Origin: an uncultured Bdellovibrionales bacterium
GTDB lineage: Bacteria; Patescibacteriota; Minisyncoccia; Moranbacterales; DUUL01
Length of the DNA: 64,000 nt
Direction of reading: 5' to 3'
Assembly (NCBI GenBank): GCA_964556685.1
Contig: CAZKWX010000003.1
Location: 78 to 64,077 of the forward strand
In this document: piece after piece, positions 48,701-57,961 of the stretch
How the letters are laid out: every line of letters starts with the position of its first letter
How positions within the stretch are numbered: position 1 is the first letter of the stretch
The notes under the pieces: model-generated
The model's database searches: none
What the model saw: only the letters and a program-made list of their open reading frames with translations
What the model was told of the DNA's origin: nothing
Translations under genes and position numbers: made by a program

Positions 48701-48837
48701 CCGTCATAGAAGCTATACATTTTGTCTTTGCTCCTTTGTTCGACAGATTTCTCAAAAGTTTGGTTTTCCTTCCAGAATTTAACCAAATCTTTTTCCATCT
48801 CGGAATATTTTCTTTTGGGATCTACTTTTTTGAACAT
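45793..48837 (-). CDS. ileS: Isoleucine--tRNA ligase (type 2)
   Basis: YDGPPFITGVPHHG, GWDCHGLP, DWNISRDRYWG, KMSKS, NWYIRRSRRRFW. Confidence 0.97.
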   Translation of the reverse strand: MFKKVDPKRKYSEMEKDLVKFWKENQTFEKSVEQRSKDKMYSFYDGPPFITGVPHHGTLLSSIVKDCMPRYWTMKGYRVERRWGWDCHGLPAENMVEKKLGIKSKKEIEKVVGIEKFNQTCFAMTSKIASDWEKIVDRIGRWVEFKGAYKTMDKTYMESVWWAFKELYEKDLIYEDVRISLYCPRCSTPLANFEIAMDNSYEEDTDTAVFVKMELDSSPDEESQASFAKDEKTYFLVWTTVPWTILANVALAINEKMTYTMVKHLESKEVYVLAKERLDVLGQEDQYEIIQEFKGTDLIGLHYKPVYHQSEVADDEQKAYVLISEDYVTSEDGTGIVSTAPAFGEEDFEARKKNGLPLALIVDEEGRLTEGKWQGEKVWEANDKIVEWLEKEGILFKKEKFTHKYPHCHRCHAKLIYKAQPAWFLAIDKIRKKLIKNNEKIFWHPTHFKEGRFKKGIEGAPDWNISRDRYWGTAMPVWKCHSESVNQKPESGKNGASNSDGCGNIKVVGSYEELKKLSGAELDDYHRPYIDEVTFPCEKCGGTMKRIPQVLDCWVESGSMPYAQFHYPFENKEKFEKSFPTDFIAEYVGQVRAWFYVLHVMATGVFDKESFKNVIVTGNIAGEDGRKMSKSFGNFTDPDEILENYSADALRFYMLSSPLLNGQDVSFSEATIKDIQRRVLGTLWNSYSFFTLYASVDKWSAEKLDVHEVHYRENLLDRWILSELHKLIKSVDENMQKYDIVTATKPIDRFINNLSNWYIRRSRRRFWKSENDSDKEDAYQTLWTVLAEFSKVLAPFCPFVADEIYRNLTGDESVHLVDFSESNDELIDEELSQNMEMTRKIIELGLSLRADNGIKVRQPLDKLSIVNCQLTKELLGLIEDEVNVKSVELTKKEDKNLKWKAYSANGAKEKDKKELKVGLDINIDEELQLEGQMRELVRHIQSARKEAGFEVDDRIELWYQGGSDIFQKFEKEIAREVLAEKIYLKKPSEDIFNKDIKIDNIQLTVWLKKQGGGE

Positions 48838-48962
48838 TGTTTCGCGAGTATTAAGTATTTAGTATTATGTATTAAGTATATATTGTTTTACGTTTCTGTT
48901 CCATAATCTCTGTATAACAGTTTTTGTACATCTGTATATCTGTACTGATCTGTAATCAGTAT

Positions 48963-49182
48963 AAAAAATCGCCCCAATATCTAAGGACGACTCATGGCCG
49001 TGGTACCACCTTGGTTTAGCTAGTAGTTAGTAGTTGGTAGTTTGTAGAAAAGGTATCCTAAAAACTATCAACTAAAAACTAAAAACTCTTGCTTACAGCT
49101 ATTACGGGCTTACCCGACGAGTTCTATTCTCCCGAGTACTCGAGATTTCTTCTCGCAGCTCCGAAGTGATTGCTCCATCATT
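48963..49182 (-). promoter_or_regulatory. T-box riboswitch (Ile, ATC specifier) upstream of ileS
   Basis: T-box AAGGTGGTACCACG (48999-49012), terminator TCGTCCT..GGGGCGA-T6, short stem I GATGGAGCA-ATC-ACTTCGGAGC. Confidence 0.9.
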
Positions 49183-49351
49183 GCTTTTGTAATTGTACTT
49201 CTTAATAATTAAATATTTTTCGTGATTTGTAAAGTCTTCTTGGCGTTGCTAAGAGATAACATAAGTGTTAGAATCAGACTGTACTATTGTACTAAATAGT
49301 GAATCTTAACTCACCTGTCTTTCGGCTAGTTTAAAATTATTAATCAACGAA

Positions 49352-49711
49352 ATGTTAGACCAACAAACACAAGATGAACTGAAACAAAAACTTCTAGCTG
49401 AGAAGAAGAATCTTGAAGAAGAGTTAGCCAAGATAGCTAGAAAAGAAGAAAATGGTGATTATGAAGCCAAGCACACTGATATTGGACGAGATGAAGAGTC
49501 CAATGCTGATGAAGTGGAAGAATACACTTCGAATTTGGGAATTACTGAAACTTTAGAAAATAAATTAAAAGAAGTTGATGATGCTCTCAATCGGATGGAA
49601 AAGGGTAATTATGGAAAATGCGAAAACTGCCCCGGAGAGGAAATCCCCGTGGAACGACTTCGAGCCTATCCAGCCGCTAAGACTTGCATCAAATGTAAAA
49701 GTGGAAATTGA
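49352..49711 (+). CDS. TraR/DksA C4-type zinc finger protein
   Basis: Coiled coil, DEESNAD, YGKCENC..IPVERLRAYPAAKTCIKC. Confidence 0.92.
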   Translation: MLDQQTQDELKQKLLAEKKNLEEELAKIARKEENGDYEAKHTDIGRDEESNADEVEEYTSNLGITETLENKLKEVDDALNRMEKGNYGKCENCPGEEIPVERLRAYPAAKTCIKCKSGN

Positions 49712-49731
49712 TCTAATCAGAAAACTTTGTT

Positions 49732-50148
49732 GTGAAAAAAATATTATTGTTTGTCTCTATTATATTTATTGATCAATTGACGAAGTACTTCGCAATTCAA
49801 AGCCTCCTGCCTGAGCTTGGAGGTTTTTTGAAACAGACGACTGTTTGCAATCAGTTTCTGGCTTGGGGAATCCCCTTGGGAAAAGTTTGGTTGGTCACTT
49901 TGTGGCTAGCCATCATGGGAATTTTCATTTGGCTAGCTGCCAAGACCAAATGGAACATTTTTTTAGTGATGGTTTTGGCTGGAGCTTTTTCTAATTTCAT
50001 TGATCGAGCTCGCTTTAGCTGCGTGGTTGACTTTATTCAAGTCGGAAATTTTCCCACTTTCAATGTGGCCGATGTTTTTATCACAATCGGAATTGTCTTG
50101 TTTGTCGTTCAAGTCCTAAGAAAAAAAGAGGATAAAATTAAAACCTGA
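49732..50148 (+). CDS. lspA: Lipoprotein signal peptidase II
   Basis: DQLTK, GAFSNFIDR, VVDFI, FNVADVFI. Confidence 0.92.
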   Translation: MKKILLFVSIIFIDQLTKYFAIQSLLPELGGFLKQTTVCNQFLAWGIPLGKVWLVTLWLAIMGIFIWLAAKTKWNIFLVMVLAGAFSNFIDRARFSCVVDFIQVGNFPTFNVADVFITIGIVLFVVQVLRKKEDKIKT

Positions 50149-50189
50149 ATTATTCTTAATTCGCAATTCATAATTCATAATCCTATTCC

Positions 50190-51719
50190 GTGGCTTCCAA
50201 AGTTTATTCTGCCTGTTTCTACGGCATGGATGGAAAAATTATCGAAGTTGAAGTTGACACTTCTCCTGGTCAACCAGTTTTTAATATTGTTGGGTTGCCC
50301 GACATGGCCGTCAAAGAAGCCAAGGATCGCGTTTCCAGTGCTATCAAGAATTCTGAATTGCGTCCTCCTCAGTTTTTTGGTCGCATTACTGTTAATTTGG
50401 CACCAGCTGATCTTAAAAAAGAGGGTCCTTCATTTGATTTGCCGATTGCTTTGGGAATCTTGCTGGTTTCAAACCAGATCGAAGAATTGCCTGAAAAATC
50501 CGTCTTTTTAGGTGAATTAGCTTTAGATGGGAGGCTTCGAAAAACCAAAGGGGCTCTGCCAGTAGCCATCACTCTCAAGGAAAAAGGCTTTGAAAAAGTT
50601 TTTGTGCCAAGCATAGTAGCCGATGAGGCTAATCTTGTTGAAGAAATTAAGGTCTATCCAGCTGATAACTTATCCGAGTTAGTCGATCATTTATCAGGAG
50701 AGGAAAAAATATCACCACTCGTGAAAAAGAACGATGTTTTTGATGATCTTAAAGCCCTTCAGTACTCTCATGATTTCTGTTTCATCAAAGGACAACATCA
50801 CGTCAAACGAGCTTTGGAAATTGCCGTTGCTGGAGGTCATAATATTTTGCTTTCAGGACCTCCCGGATCGGGGAAGACTATGTTGGCCAAATCTCTACCT
50901 TCCATTATGCCACCGCTCACCATTGATGAAGCTTTTGAAGTGACAAAATTGTATTCGATTTCGGGTCTAACCAACTCTGAAAATCCATTCGTCAAAGAGC
51001 GACCTTTTCGTCATCCTCATCATAGCGCCTCAGCGGTTTCTTTGGTGGGAGGAGGAACTTTCCCCAAGCCAGGAGAGATCTCTTTGGCTGATCGAGGAGT
51101 GTTGTTTCTTGACGAATTCCCTGAATTCACCCGAGAAGTGATTGAAAATCTGCGCCAACCTTTGGAAGACGGCCAGGTTTCAATTTCCCGCGCTCAAGGC
51201 AGCGTCACTTTCCCTGCTAGATTTATCCTTGTGGCTGCCATGAACCCTTGCCCTTGCGGCAATTCCACTGATCCGCAAAAAGCTTGCACTTGCACTCCCA
51301 GTCAAGTGTCCCGCTACAAGCGAAAACTTTCCGGACCGATCATGGATCGAATCGATCTTCACATTGAAGTTCCCCGACTCAAGTTTGAAAAGCTTTCCTC
51401 TGAGGGACTGGGTGAGAAGAGTTTTGACATTCGGAAAAGAGTCGTGGGCACCAGAGATATTCAATCGAAAAGGTTTAAAAACATGAAGATTTTCACCAAT
51501 TCTGAAATGGACAGCAAGCTACTTCGAAAACATTGTGCCATTGGTGAAACTGAAAAAGAGCTCTTGCGCAATGCCATCAAGCAAATGAATCTTTCCCCCC
51601 GAGGTTATTATCGACTTTTGAAAGTGGCCCGCACCATTGCTGATTTGAATGGTGAAGAAAACATAAAATCGTCCCATCTAGCCGAGGCGATCCAATACCG
51701 ATTCAGGGAAGAGATGTAA
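50190..51719 (+). CDS. comM: YifB/ComM Mg-chelatase-like AAA ATPase
   Basis: IVGLPD, VNLAPADLKKEG, GPPGSGKTMLA, PGEISLA, AMNPCPCG, LSGPIMDRID. Confidence 0.95.
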   Translation: MASKVYSACFYGMDGKIIEVEVDTSPGQPVFNIVGLPDMAVKEAKDRVSSAIKNSELRPPQFFGRITVNLAPADLKKEGPSFDLPIALGILLVSNQIEELPEKSVFLGELALDGRLRKTKGALPVAITLKEKGFEKVFVPSIVADEANLVEEIKVYPADNLSELVDHLSGEEKISPLVKKNDVFDDLKALQYSHDFCFIKGQHHVKRALEIAVAGGHNILLSGPPGSGKTMLAKSLPSIMPPLTIDEAFEVTKLYSISGLTNSENPFVKERPFRHPHHSASAVSLVGGGTFPKPGEISLADRGVLFLDEFPEFTREVIENLRQPLEDGQVSISRAQGSVTFPARFILVAAMNPCPCGNSTDPQKACTCTPSQVSRYKRKLSGPIMDRIDLHIEVPRLKFEKLSSEGLGEKSFDIRKRVVGTRDIQSKRFKNMKIFTNSEMDSKLLRKHCAIGETEKELLRNAIKQMNLSPRGYYRLLKVARTIADLNGEENIKSSHLAEAIQYRFREEM

Positions 51720-51859
51720 AGATAAATTTTCAATACTTCAATAAAAAATTTACAAAGAAGCGCTTTCGCCTAAGCGAGAGCGCTCCATTCTAAAAGCCTA
51801 ATCGGATTCTCCGTCGGGCTTTTGTATTTATTAAGGGAATTTTTACTCACTCTCCCTCA

Positions 51860-52291
51860 TTAATGAAAAGGAGAAATTTCAAAAAATCTAGCTTCTGGAT
51901 GTTTTTCCCAAAGCTCCTCCAGCGCTTGTTGCATGCCACCATCAGTGGGTTTTTTTTCGATTTTACTGCAACCACAACGAAGAGATTCTCTTCTTCTTCC
52001 AACGTTTGTATCTTCTATGACGAATGCTATCCAGGCAGAATCCATTTCATCAAAGTTTGCTCGAATAGAGCCAGCAAGATTAATAATACGTCTTTTGCCA
52101 TATTTTTCCTCGAGCCACCTATTGAGAAGAATATGGACTTTTTTTTCGTCTGTCGGATCTTCAGCTAATAAAATTTCTTCGCCACTCGGGGTGCAAATTA
52201 TTATCTCCTCTTTTTGATAGTTAAGGCTTGCAGTAATTGTCTCAGAATTAACTTTATATTCCCCCAGTTCGACTACCTTATTTTCAGTCAT
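51860..52291 (-). CDS. Hypothetical protein
   Basis: AAAGGAG SD, 143 aa. Confidence 0.65.
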   Translation of the reverse strand: MTENKVVELGEYKVNSETITASLNYQKEEIIICTPSGEEILLAEDPTDEKKVHILLNRWLEEKYGKRRIINLAGSIRANFDEMDSAWIAFVIEDTNVGRRRESLRCGCSKIEKKPTDGGMQQALEELWEKHPEARFFEISPFH

Positions 52292-52464
52292 TGGAATTCT
52301 CCTTTTCTGTCCAACAATTTATATCCAAAATTACGCATTATATATTCTTTCAATGAACTATGGATAATAATCCTAGCTTATTTACAATATAATTTCAACC
52401 AGAAAAGAAGCGCTCCGGTTCTACCGGAGCGCTTTATTGAATATTGATAATTGAGTATTGGTTA

Positions 52465-53502
52465 TTAATAAATATATCCCTTAATTACCCGGCTTTTAGC
52501 TGAAATGGTCCTGCTTGAAACCACTCCCCATCCATTATAGTTCATCTCTTTTATCGAAACATTATTACCTTTAACCCTAGTCACAATTCCTACGTGGCCA
52601 TACCAGCTTTCTGAGGTCACAATAATCGCACCAGTCTTTGGTTTCTTTCCGGTCTTAGCTCCATAGGCCCGGGCATGGTAGAGCCAAGTACCCGCGTTTC
52701 CACCCCATGGTACATATTTTTTTGAAGATACATACCAAGTACAATATCCATAGGGAAACCGGTGTCCACCTTTGGGATTTCGGTCAATAATAGATGGTCC
52801 TCGAGTGGTAGAATCAGCAATGCCACTGCTGTAGTAGTCTCTCTGTTGCAAAACACTGCCTGGAGTTGTTGGTGTTGGTTGTTCGACTCTTCCATCTGGA
52901 ATGATCAGCTCCTCACCTTCTTTCAAAGCTCCGTCAGCCGGAAGCTCATTGAAAGCAATGATCCGGTCCTTTTCCGCTTTATATTTCTTGGCAATTTTAT
53001 CAATCGTGTCACCACTGCGCACGGCGTGCTTCACACCAGTTGTTGGCAAAACGAATATTTTATCGCCAGGCATGATCATGTCTGGATCATCAATATCATT
53101 GGCCCACAAAATTGTGTTGCTAGTGACACCAAAATCCTCTGCAATTGATCCAAGCGTGTCTCCATCTTCAACTTCATAGACAGCTACGTCAGCACCACCT
53201 TCCAATAATTCCTTCGCATCCGGCGTAGTAGCAGTTAGCACCTGATATTGCATTTCATTTTGGCTAAGCAGATCTTCATTGATCATCAAAGCGGCCATGT
53301 CTTCTTCTGGAGTAGTCTCTTCAGTGGACAACTCCAAAGATGCAGAAGCCAAATGTTGCTCTTGAGTTTCGGCTTCTACTCTTTTTTGAATTTTTTCTTC
53401 ATTGCTTTCTGACTCCTTAAAAAAATCATATAAAAAACCGCTCTCATCATCTCCTGAATTAGCGTTCCCAGCAGTCACCAAAATAGTCACAAAAACTACC
53501 AC
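52465..53502 (-). CDS. LysM x2 plus CHAP peptidoglycan hydrolase (true start possibly further upstream)
   Basis: YEVEDGDTLGSIA, HAVRSGDTIDKIA, FPYGYCTWYV, WGGNAGTW, YGHVGIV, EMN. Confidence 0.92.
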   Translation of the reverse strand: MVVFVTILVTAGNANSGDDESGFLYDFFKESESNEEKIQKRVEAETQEQHLASASLELSTEETTPEEDMAALMINEDLLSQNEMQYQVLTATTPDAKELLEGGADVAVYEVEDGDTLGSIAEDFGVTSNTILWANDIDDPDMIMPGDKIFVLPTTGVKHAVRSGDTIDKIAKKYKAEKDRIIAFNELPADGALKEGEELIIPDGRVEQPTPTTPGSVLQQRDYYSSGIADSTTRGPSIIDRNPKGGHRFPYGYCTWYVSSKKYVPWGGNAGTWLYHARAYGAKTGKKPKTGAIIVTSESWYGHVGIVTRVKGNNVSIKEMNYNGWGVVSSRTISAKSRVIKGYIY

Positions 53503-54005
53503 TATGATTGCTGAGTGCTTTCTAAAAAAATCCAGAAAAACTCTCGTGCGGTTGTTCTTAATAAAATCAAGAGCCCGACGCTCCTGCTTTTTGAACCAGT
53601 GTAGGAAAGCTATTAACCCTCCTTCATTTCCATCATTGTTAGCACTGGTTATTTTTCCCCCAAAGACTTCTCGATGAAGTTTTGGAAAGTATTTTTTGTA
53701 GCGTTTAATCGCCTTTTTCCTTCTTTAAGATGAATATTTATAGGGAAGTTTTGCCTATAAATAAGCTAAATTCCCATCAATTTTCACCTTTTAAAAAGCA
53801 AACATCACTAGTTTACACAGGGCCTTTTTTTTGTCAATACACCCTTCAAAAATGGCTTATTCTAGTGTAATATGAAGGCAGGAATATCGAATGACAAAGC
53901 TCAAATGACAAACCAAATTCAAATGATAATTAACCTCTTTTAAGTATTTGATAATTTGGATTTGAATTGGTATTTGGATTTTGGTATTTGTAATTTTTTA
54001 TACTT

Positions 54006-54917
54006 ATGTCAAAAATTCAGAATCTCATTACTGACTATCTCGAATATCTTGAAGTTGATCTCGGCCGATCCGAGAAGACTTTGGAAAATTATCATCGCTA
54101 TTTAAATAAATTTATTGAGTGGTCAAAGATCACCAGCTCTTCCCAAATCAATGAAAATTTGGTTCACAAATATCGGGTTCGTCTCAATCGAGTTCAAGAC
54201 AAAAGTGGCAAGAGTCTTTCTCGTCGAACTCAGAATTATCACATCATCGCTCTGCGAGGTTTTTTGAAATATCTTTCCAAAAAAGATATCAAATCTCTAG
54301 CGGCCGAAAAATTGGACTTAGCTAAAACTGAAGAACGGCAAGTTGATTTTCTCACTTTCGATGAAGTGAAAAGTCTCATTGAAGCAGCTGAAGGGACTAC
54401 TCAAATGAAGTTGCGTGATCAAGCTATTTTAAAGCTTTTTTTCTCTTCTGGTCTTCGAATTTCTGAATTAACAAGTCTCAATCGTGATCAAATCAATCTC
54501 AAAAGTGGTGAATTTTCTGTTCGTGGCAAAGGCTCAAAAGTGAGAATCGTCTTTGTTTCTGATGTGGCTCGCGATGCTATTCGCAAATATTTCGATAAGC
54601 GCACTGATGTGGACCAAGCCCTCTTTGTTCGAGTGATGAAAAATCCTGAAAAAGAATCTGACCTGCGCTTAAGTGCTCGGAGTGTCCAAAGAATGATCAA
54701 AAAATATGCTGCCAAGGCTGGCATCGTCAAAAAAGTCACTCCTCACGTTCTGCGCCACAGCTTCGCCACTGACCTGCTTCAGAACGGTGCCGACATTCGT
54801 TCCGTTCAAGCCCTCTTGGGCCACAGCTCAATCAACACCACTCAGATCTATACTCATGTGACCAACAAAGATCTCAAAGAAGTGCACCGAAAGTTTCATG
54901 GAAAGGAGAGGAGGTAA
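54006..54917 (+). CDS. XerC/XerD family tyrosine recombinase
   Basis: SGLRISEL, GKGSK, TPHVLRHSFAT, LLGHSSINTTQIY. Confidence 0.95.
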   Translation: MSKIQNLITDYLEYLEVDLGRSEKTLENYHRYLNKFIEWSKITSSSQINENLVHKYRVRLNRVQDKSGKSLSRRTQNYHIIALRGFLKYLSKKDIKSLAAEKLDLAKTEERQVDFLTFDEVKSLIEAAEGTTQMKLRDQAILKLFFSSGLRISELTSLNRDQINLKSGEFSVRGKGSKVRIVFVSDVARDAIRKYFDKRTDVDQALFVRVMKNPEKESDLRLSARSVQRMIKKYAAKAGIVKKVTPHVLRHSFATDLLQNGADIRSVQALLGHSSINTTQIYTHVTNKDLKEVHRKFHGKERR

Positions 54918-55077
54918 TCTGGAAATGGGAAACTGGAATCTGTACAGAAAAGGCTTCACCACGAGTACTCACAGTGAAACTTCTATAAAATAGTATAGCA
55001 ACTTAGAAAAATCCGATCGTAGTCTCCAATGCTTGCTATAATGATCATTTCAGATTAATATAATACAGTTACATTTC

Positions 55078-55324
55078 AGGCTCGTAGCTCCTACCTACGC
55101 TCTCGTTACTCGAGCTACGGTGGGCAGGCAGGTGGCAAACAATTTTGATAAATTAGGGACGATTAGCTCAGGTGGTTAGAGCGTTCGCTTGACATGCGAG
55201 AGGTCGGAGGTTCAAGTCCTCCATCGTCCACAAGGAAGTCAGAGATTTTAACAATTTGTCTCCGACGTTACGTTGGAGCAACAAATCGAAATCCGCTCTT
55301 GGCGGGCAAGTCCCCTCGAGCCCA
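55078..55324 (+). pseudogene. Fragmented outer tRNA surrounding tRNA-Val(GAC)
   Basis: 5' AGGCTCGTAGCTC[insert]AGGTGG and 3' CAAGT-CCCCT-CGAGCCC-A with complementary acceptor strands. Confidence 0.65.
55157..55230 (+). tRNA. tRNA-Val (GAC)
   Basis: GGACGAT/ATCGTCC, TTCGC-TTGACAT-GCGAG, GGAGG-TTCAAGT-CCTCC. Confidence 0.95.
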
Positions 55325-55417
55325 CAAGATAAAAGGCGTCTCTAGCGCTTTTTTAGTTTTTTCTGTTTTACTTTCCTCTTTTTTGATGTTACATTTGGAA
55401 TACCTAAAGTAAAAAAT

Positions 55418-55930
55418 ATGCCTTTCGACAATCAAAATATTACTATAATTATAGTTGCCGTACCCACAATAATTCTTTTTGTTTGGATAATTTTGCTTCA
55501 AATTAGCCTTTCTAAGGTGAAAAAGAATCAAAAAGCTTTCTTCGAGGGAAAAGACGCTAAAAACTTGGAGCAAGTTTTGCTGGATAGCAAAAATAAAATC
55601 ACTGCTATCGAGGGAGACGTGAAAGATCTTTATGAAATCACCGGAAAAATCAATGGATTGGCCAGCCGAGGTTTGCACAAAACTGGCATGGTTCGTTTCA
55701 ACCCTTTCCGAGACATTGGTGGCGATCAAAGTTTTTCAGTAGCGCTGCTTGATGGTGAGGATAACGGAGTGGTGATCTCATCGCTCTATTCTCGAGACGG
55801 TGTGAGGGTTTATGCCAAGTCGCTACTGAAGGGTCAGTCTCATAAATATCCCCTGACTGAGGAAGAAAAACATGCCATTGGCATTGCCACTGCAGAGAAA
55901 GACAATGCTGGAGCAAAGAAGAAAGTATAA
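55418..55930 (+). CDS. DUF4446 family protein
   Basis: N-terminal TM; GMVRFNPFRDIGGDQSFSVALLD, SSLYSR, YAK, LTEEEK. Confidence 0.9.
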   Translation: MPFDNQNITIIIVAVPTIILFVWIILLQISLSKVKKNQKAFFEGKDAKNLEQVLLDSKNKITAIEGDVKDLYEITGKINGLASRGLHKTGMVRFNPFRDIGGDQSFSVALLDGEDNGVVISSLYSRDGVRVYAKSLLKGQSHKYPLTEEEKHAIGIATAEKDNAGAKKKV

Positions 55931-56079
55931 ATCCAAATTACAAATTAAAAATGACAAATCAATGTCTAAATATCAAATACATTAAATGATTTGAATTGGC
56001 ATTTGATATTTGACATTTGCCATTTCGAAGCTTATCTGATAGACTTAACTGTTTGACGAAAAGTATCTAAAACCTAACT

Positions 56080-57858
56080 ATGACTGAGAAGAAAGACAAA
56101 ATTAAGATTCCGTTTCAACTGACAGTCGGCGAATTGGCCGATCGTTTAAACTTACCTGCTTCTGATGTGATCAAACAATTGATGGAAAATGGCATCATGG
56201 CTAACATCAACGAGACAATAGACTATGAAACTGCTGTAATCATCGCTGAAGAAATGGGATTCGAAACTGAAGCTGACCAAAGCACTGGTGATGATGTCAT
56301 CACGCTGGAAAAACTTGAGGAAATTTTGAAATTAGAACAAGAAGATGGAGGCGATTTGAAACCTCGTCCACCTGTGGTGACCATTTTGGGACACGTTGAT
56401 CATGGAAAAACTACCCTTTTGGACACATTGCGCAAAACCCGCATTGCCGAGAAAGAATCGGGTGGAATTACGCAACACATCAGCACCTATCAAGTTAAGA
56501 AGAAGAATAAACTGATCACTTTTATTGACACTCCTGGTCATGAAGCTTTCCAAGCTATGAGAGAAAGAGGCGCTGGCACAGCTGACATTGCTGTTTTAGT
56601 AGTAGCGGCTGATGACGGAGTCAAACCTCAGACAAAAGAAGTGGCTCAATTTTTGCTTGATAAAAAAATTCCTACCGTAGTGGCGATTAATAAAATTGAC
56701 AAGCCTGAAGCCAATGTGAATAAGGTCAAACAAGAATTGGCCGAGTTGGGAATTCTCCTGGAAGGATTTGGCGGTGATGTGCTTTTTAATGAAATCTCTG
56801 CCAAAAACGATGTAGGGCTGGATGAATTGCTTGACACTATTTTGCTGGTGACAGAGGTACATGAATTTAAAGCAGATCCAGAACGCAACGCCCTGGGCGT
56901 GGTGTTGGAAGCCCACAAAGATCCACAAAAAGGTCCTGTAGCCACCGTTTTGATCAAGTCCGGAACATTGAAAATGGGTCAAGATATGACTATTGGAAAC
57001 ATCCAAGGAAAAGTGCGAAAAATTGAGGACTATAGCGGCCGATCGGTGGACAGTGCTCCTCCTTCAATGCCTGTCACTTTGATTGGATTGGAAAATGTCC
57101 CTCAAAGCAATGACGTGCTGAGCATTCCCAAAGAGACATTAGATCGAAAAAAGAAAAAATTGCTAGAAAAGGTTACTGCTACTTCATCAGCTGGCGCCAT
57201 CAGCTCCAAACAGATGATTGAAAACATTGATGAAGCTTTAATGAAAAAATATTCCATCATTCTCAAAGCTGATGTGCAAGGCTCTTTGGAAGCAATTCAT
57301 CAAATTCTCGACACTATCAAATCAGATGAAGTTAACTTGGATGTTTTCTCTGAGGGAGTTGGCCCCATAACTGAAACTGATGTGCAATCTGCTCAAACAG
57401 CAAAAGCAACAGTCTATGGCTTCAACGTTTTCCCCACCGCTGTGGCCTCTCGTTTGGCCGAAGGAGCCGGTGTGCCAGTCAAGACCTTCAGCATCATTTA
57501 TGAACTAGTTGAGGATGTAAAAAACGAAATGTCTGAACGATTAGATCCAGAAATCAAGCGTACTAATCTTGGTCGATTGAAAGTATTGGCCATTTTCAAG
57601 AACATGAAAAATAGTATGGTGGTAGGCGGGAAAGTCACCAATGGGAAGATAGTCAAGGGACAAAACATCGAAATTTTGCGTAATAAAGAACCTATTAATA
57701 GCGGAAAATTGGTTCAATTGCAGCAGAACAAAGAAGAAGCCACTGAAGTCAAAGAAGGACTCGAATGCGGCATCTCTTTCGAGGGAAAAGAAAAAATAGA
57801 AGTGGGAGATGTGTTGGTTTGTTATAAAGAAGAGAAGATAAAGAAAAAAATTAAATAA
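56080..57858 (+). CDS. infB: Translation initiation factor IF-2
   Basis: RPPVVTILGHVDHGKTT, GGITQHI, DTPGHEAF, NKID, KADVQGSLEAI. Confidence 0.97.
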   Translation: MTEKKDKIKIPFQLTVGELADRLNLPASDVIKQLMENGIMANINETIDYETAVIIAEEMGFETEADQSTGDDVITLEKLEEILKLEQEDGGDLKPRPPVVTILGHVDHGKTTLLDTLRKTRIAEKESGGITQHISTYQVKKKNKLITFIDTPGHEAFQAMRERGAGTADIAVLVVAADDGVKPQTKEVAQFLLDKKIPTVVAINKIDKPEANVNKVKQELAELGILLEGFGGDVLFNEISAKNDVGLDELLDTILLVTEVHEFKADPERNALGVVLEAHKDPQKGPVATVLIKSGTLKMGQDMTIGNIQGKVRKIEDYSGRSVDSAPPSMPVTLIGLENVPQSNDVLSIPKETLDRKKKKLLEKVTATSSAGAISSKQMIENIDEALMKKYSIILKADVQGSLEAIHQILDTIKSDEVNLDVFSEGVGPITETDVQSAQTAKATVYGFNVFPTAVASRLAEGAGVPVKTFSIIYELVEDVKNEMSERLDPEIKRTNLGRLKVLAIFKNMKNSMVVGGKVTNGKIVKGQNIEILRNKEPINSGKLVQLQQNKEEATEVKEGLECGISFEGKEKIEVGDVLVCYKEEKIKKKIK

Positions 57859-57961
57859 CAAATTACAAATGTCAAATCAAGTTCAAAATCCAAATTCATT
57901 AAGGCATTCTGGCTTTGTTATTGATTTGTCATTTGATATTTGAAATTTGGGATTTATCAAT

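Noticed and set aside
54006-55230. Prophage or island integrase next to tRNA-Val
   Set aside because: The protein is a typical ~300-aa Xer with housekeeping neighbours; no phage genes or att-bounded cargo
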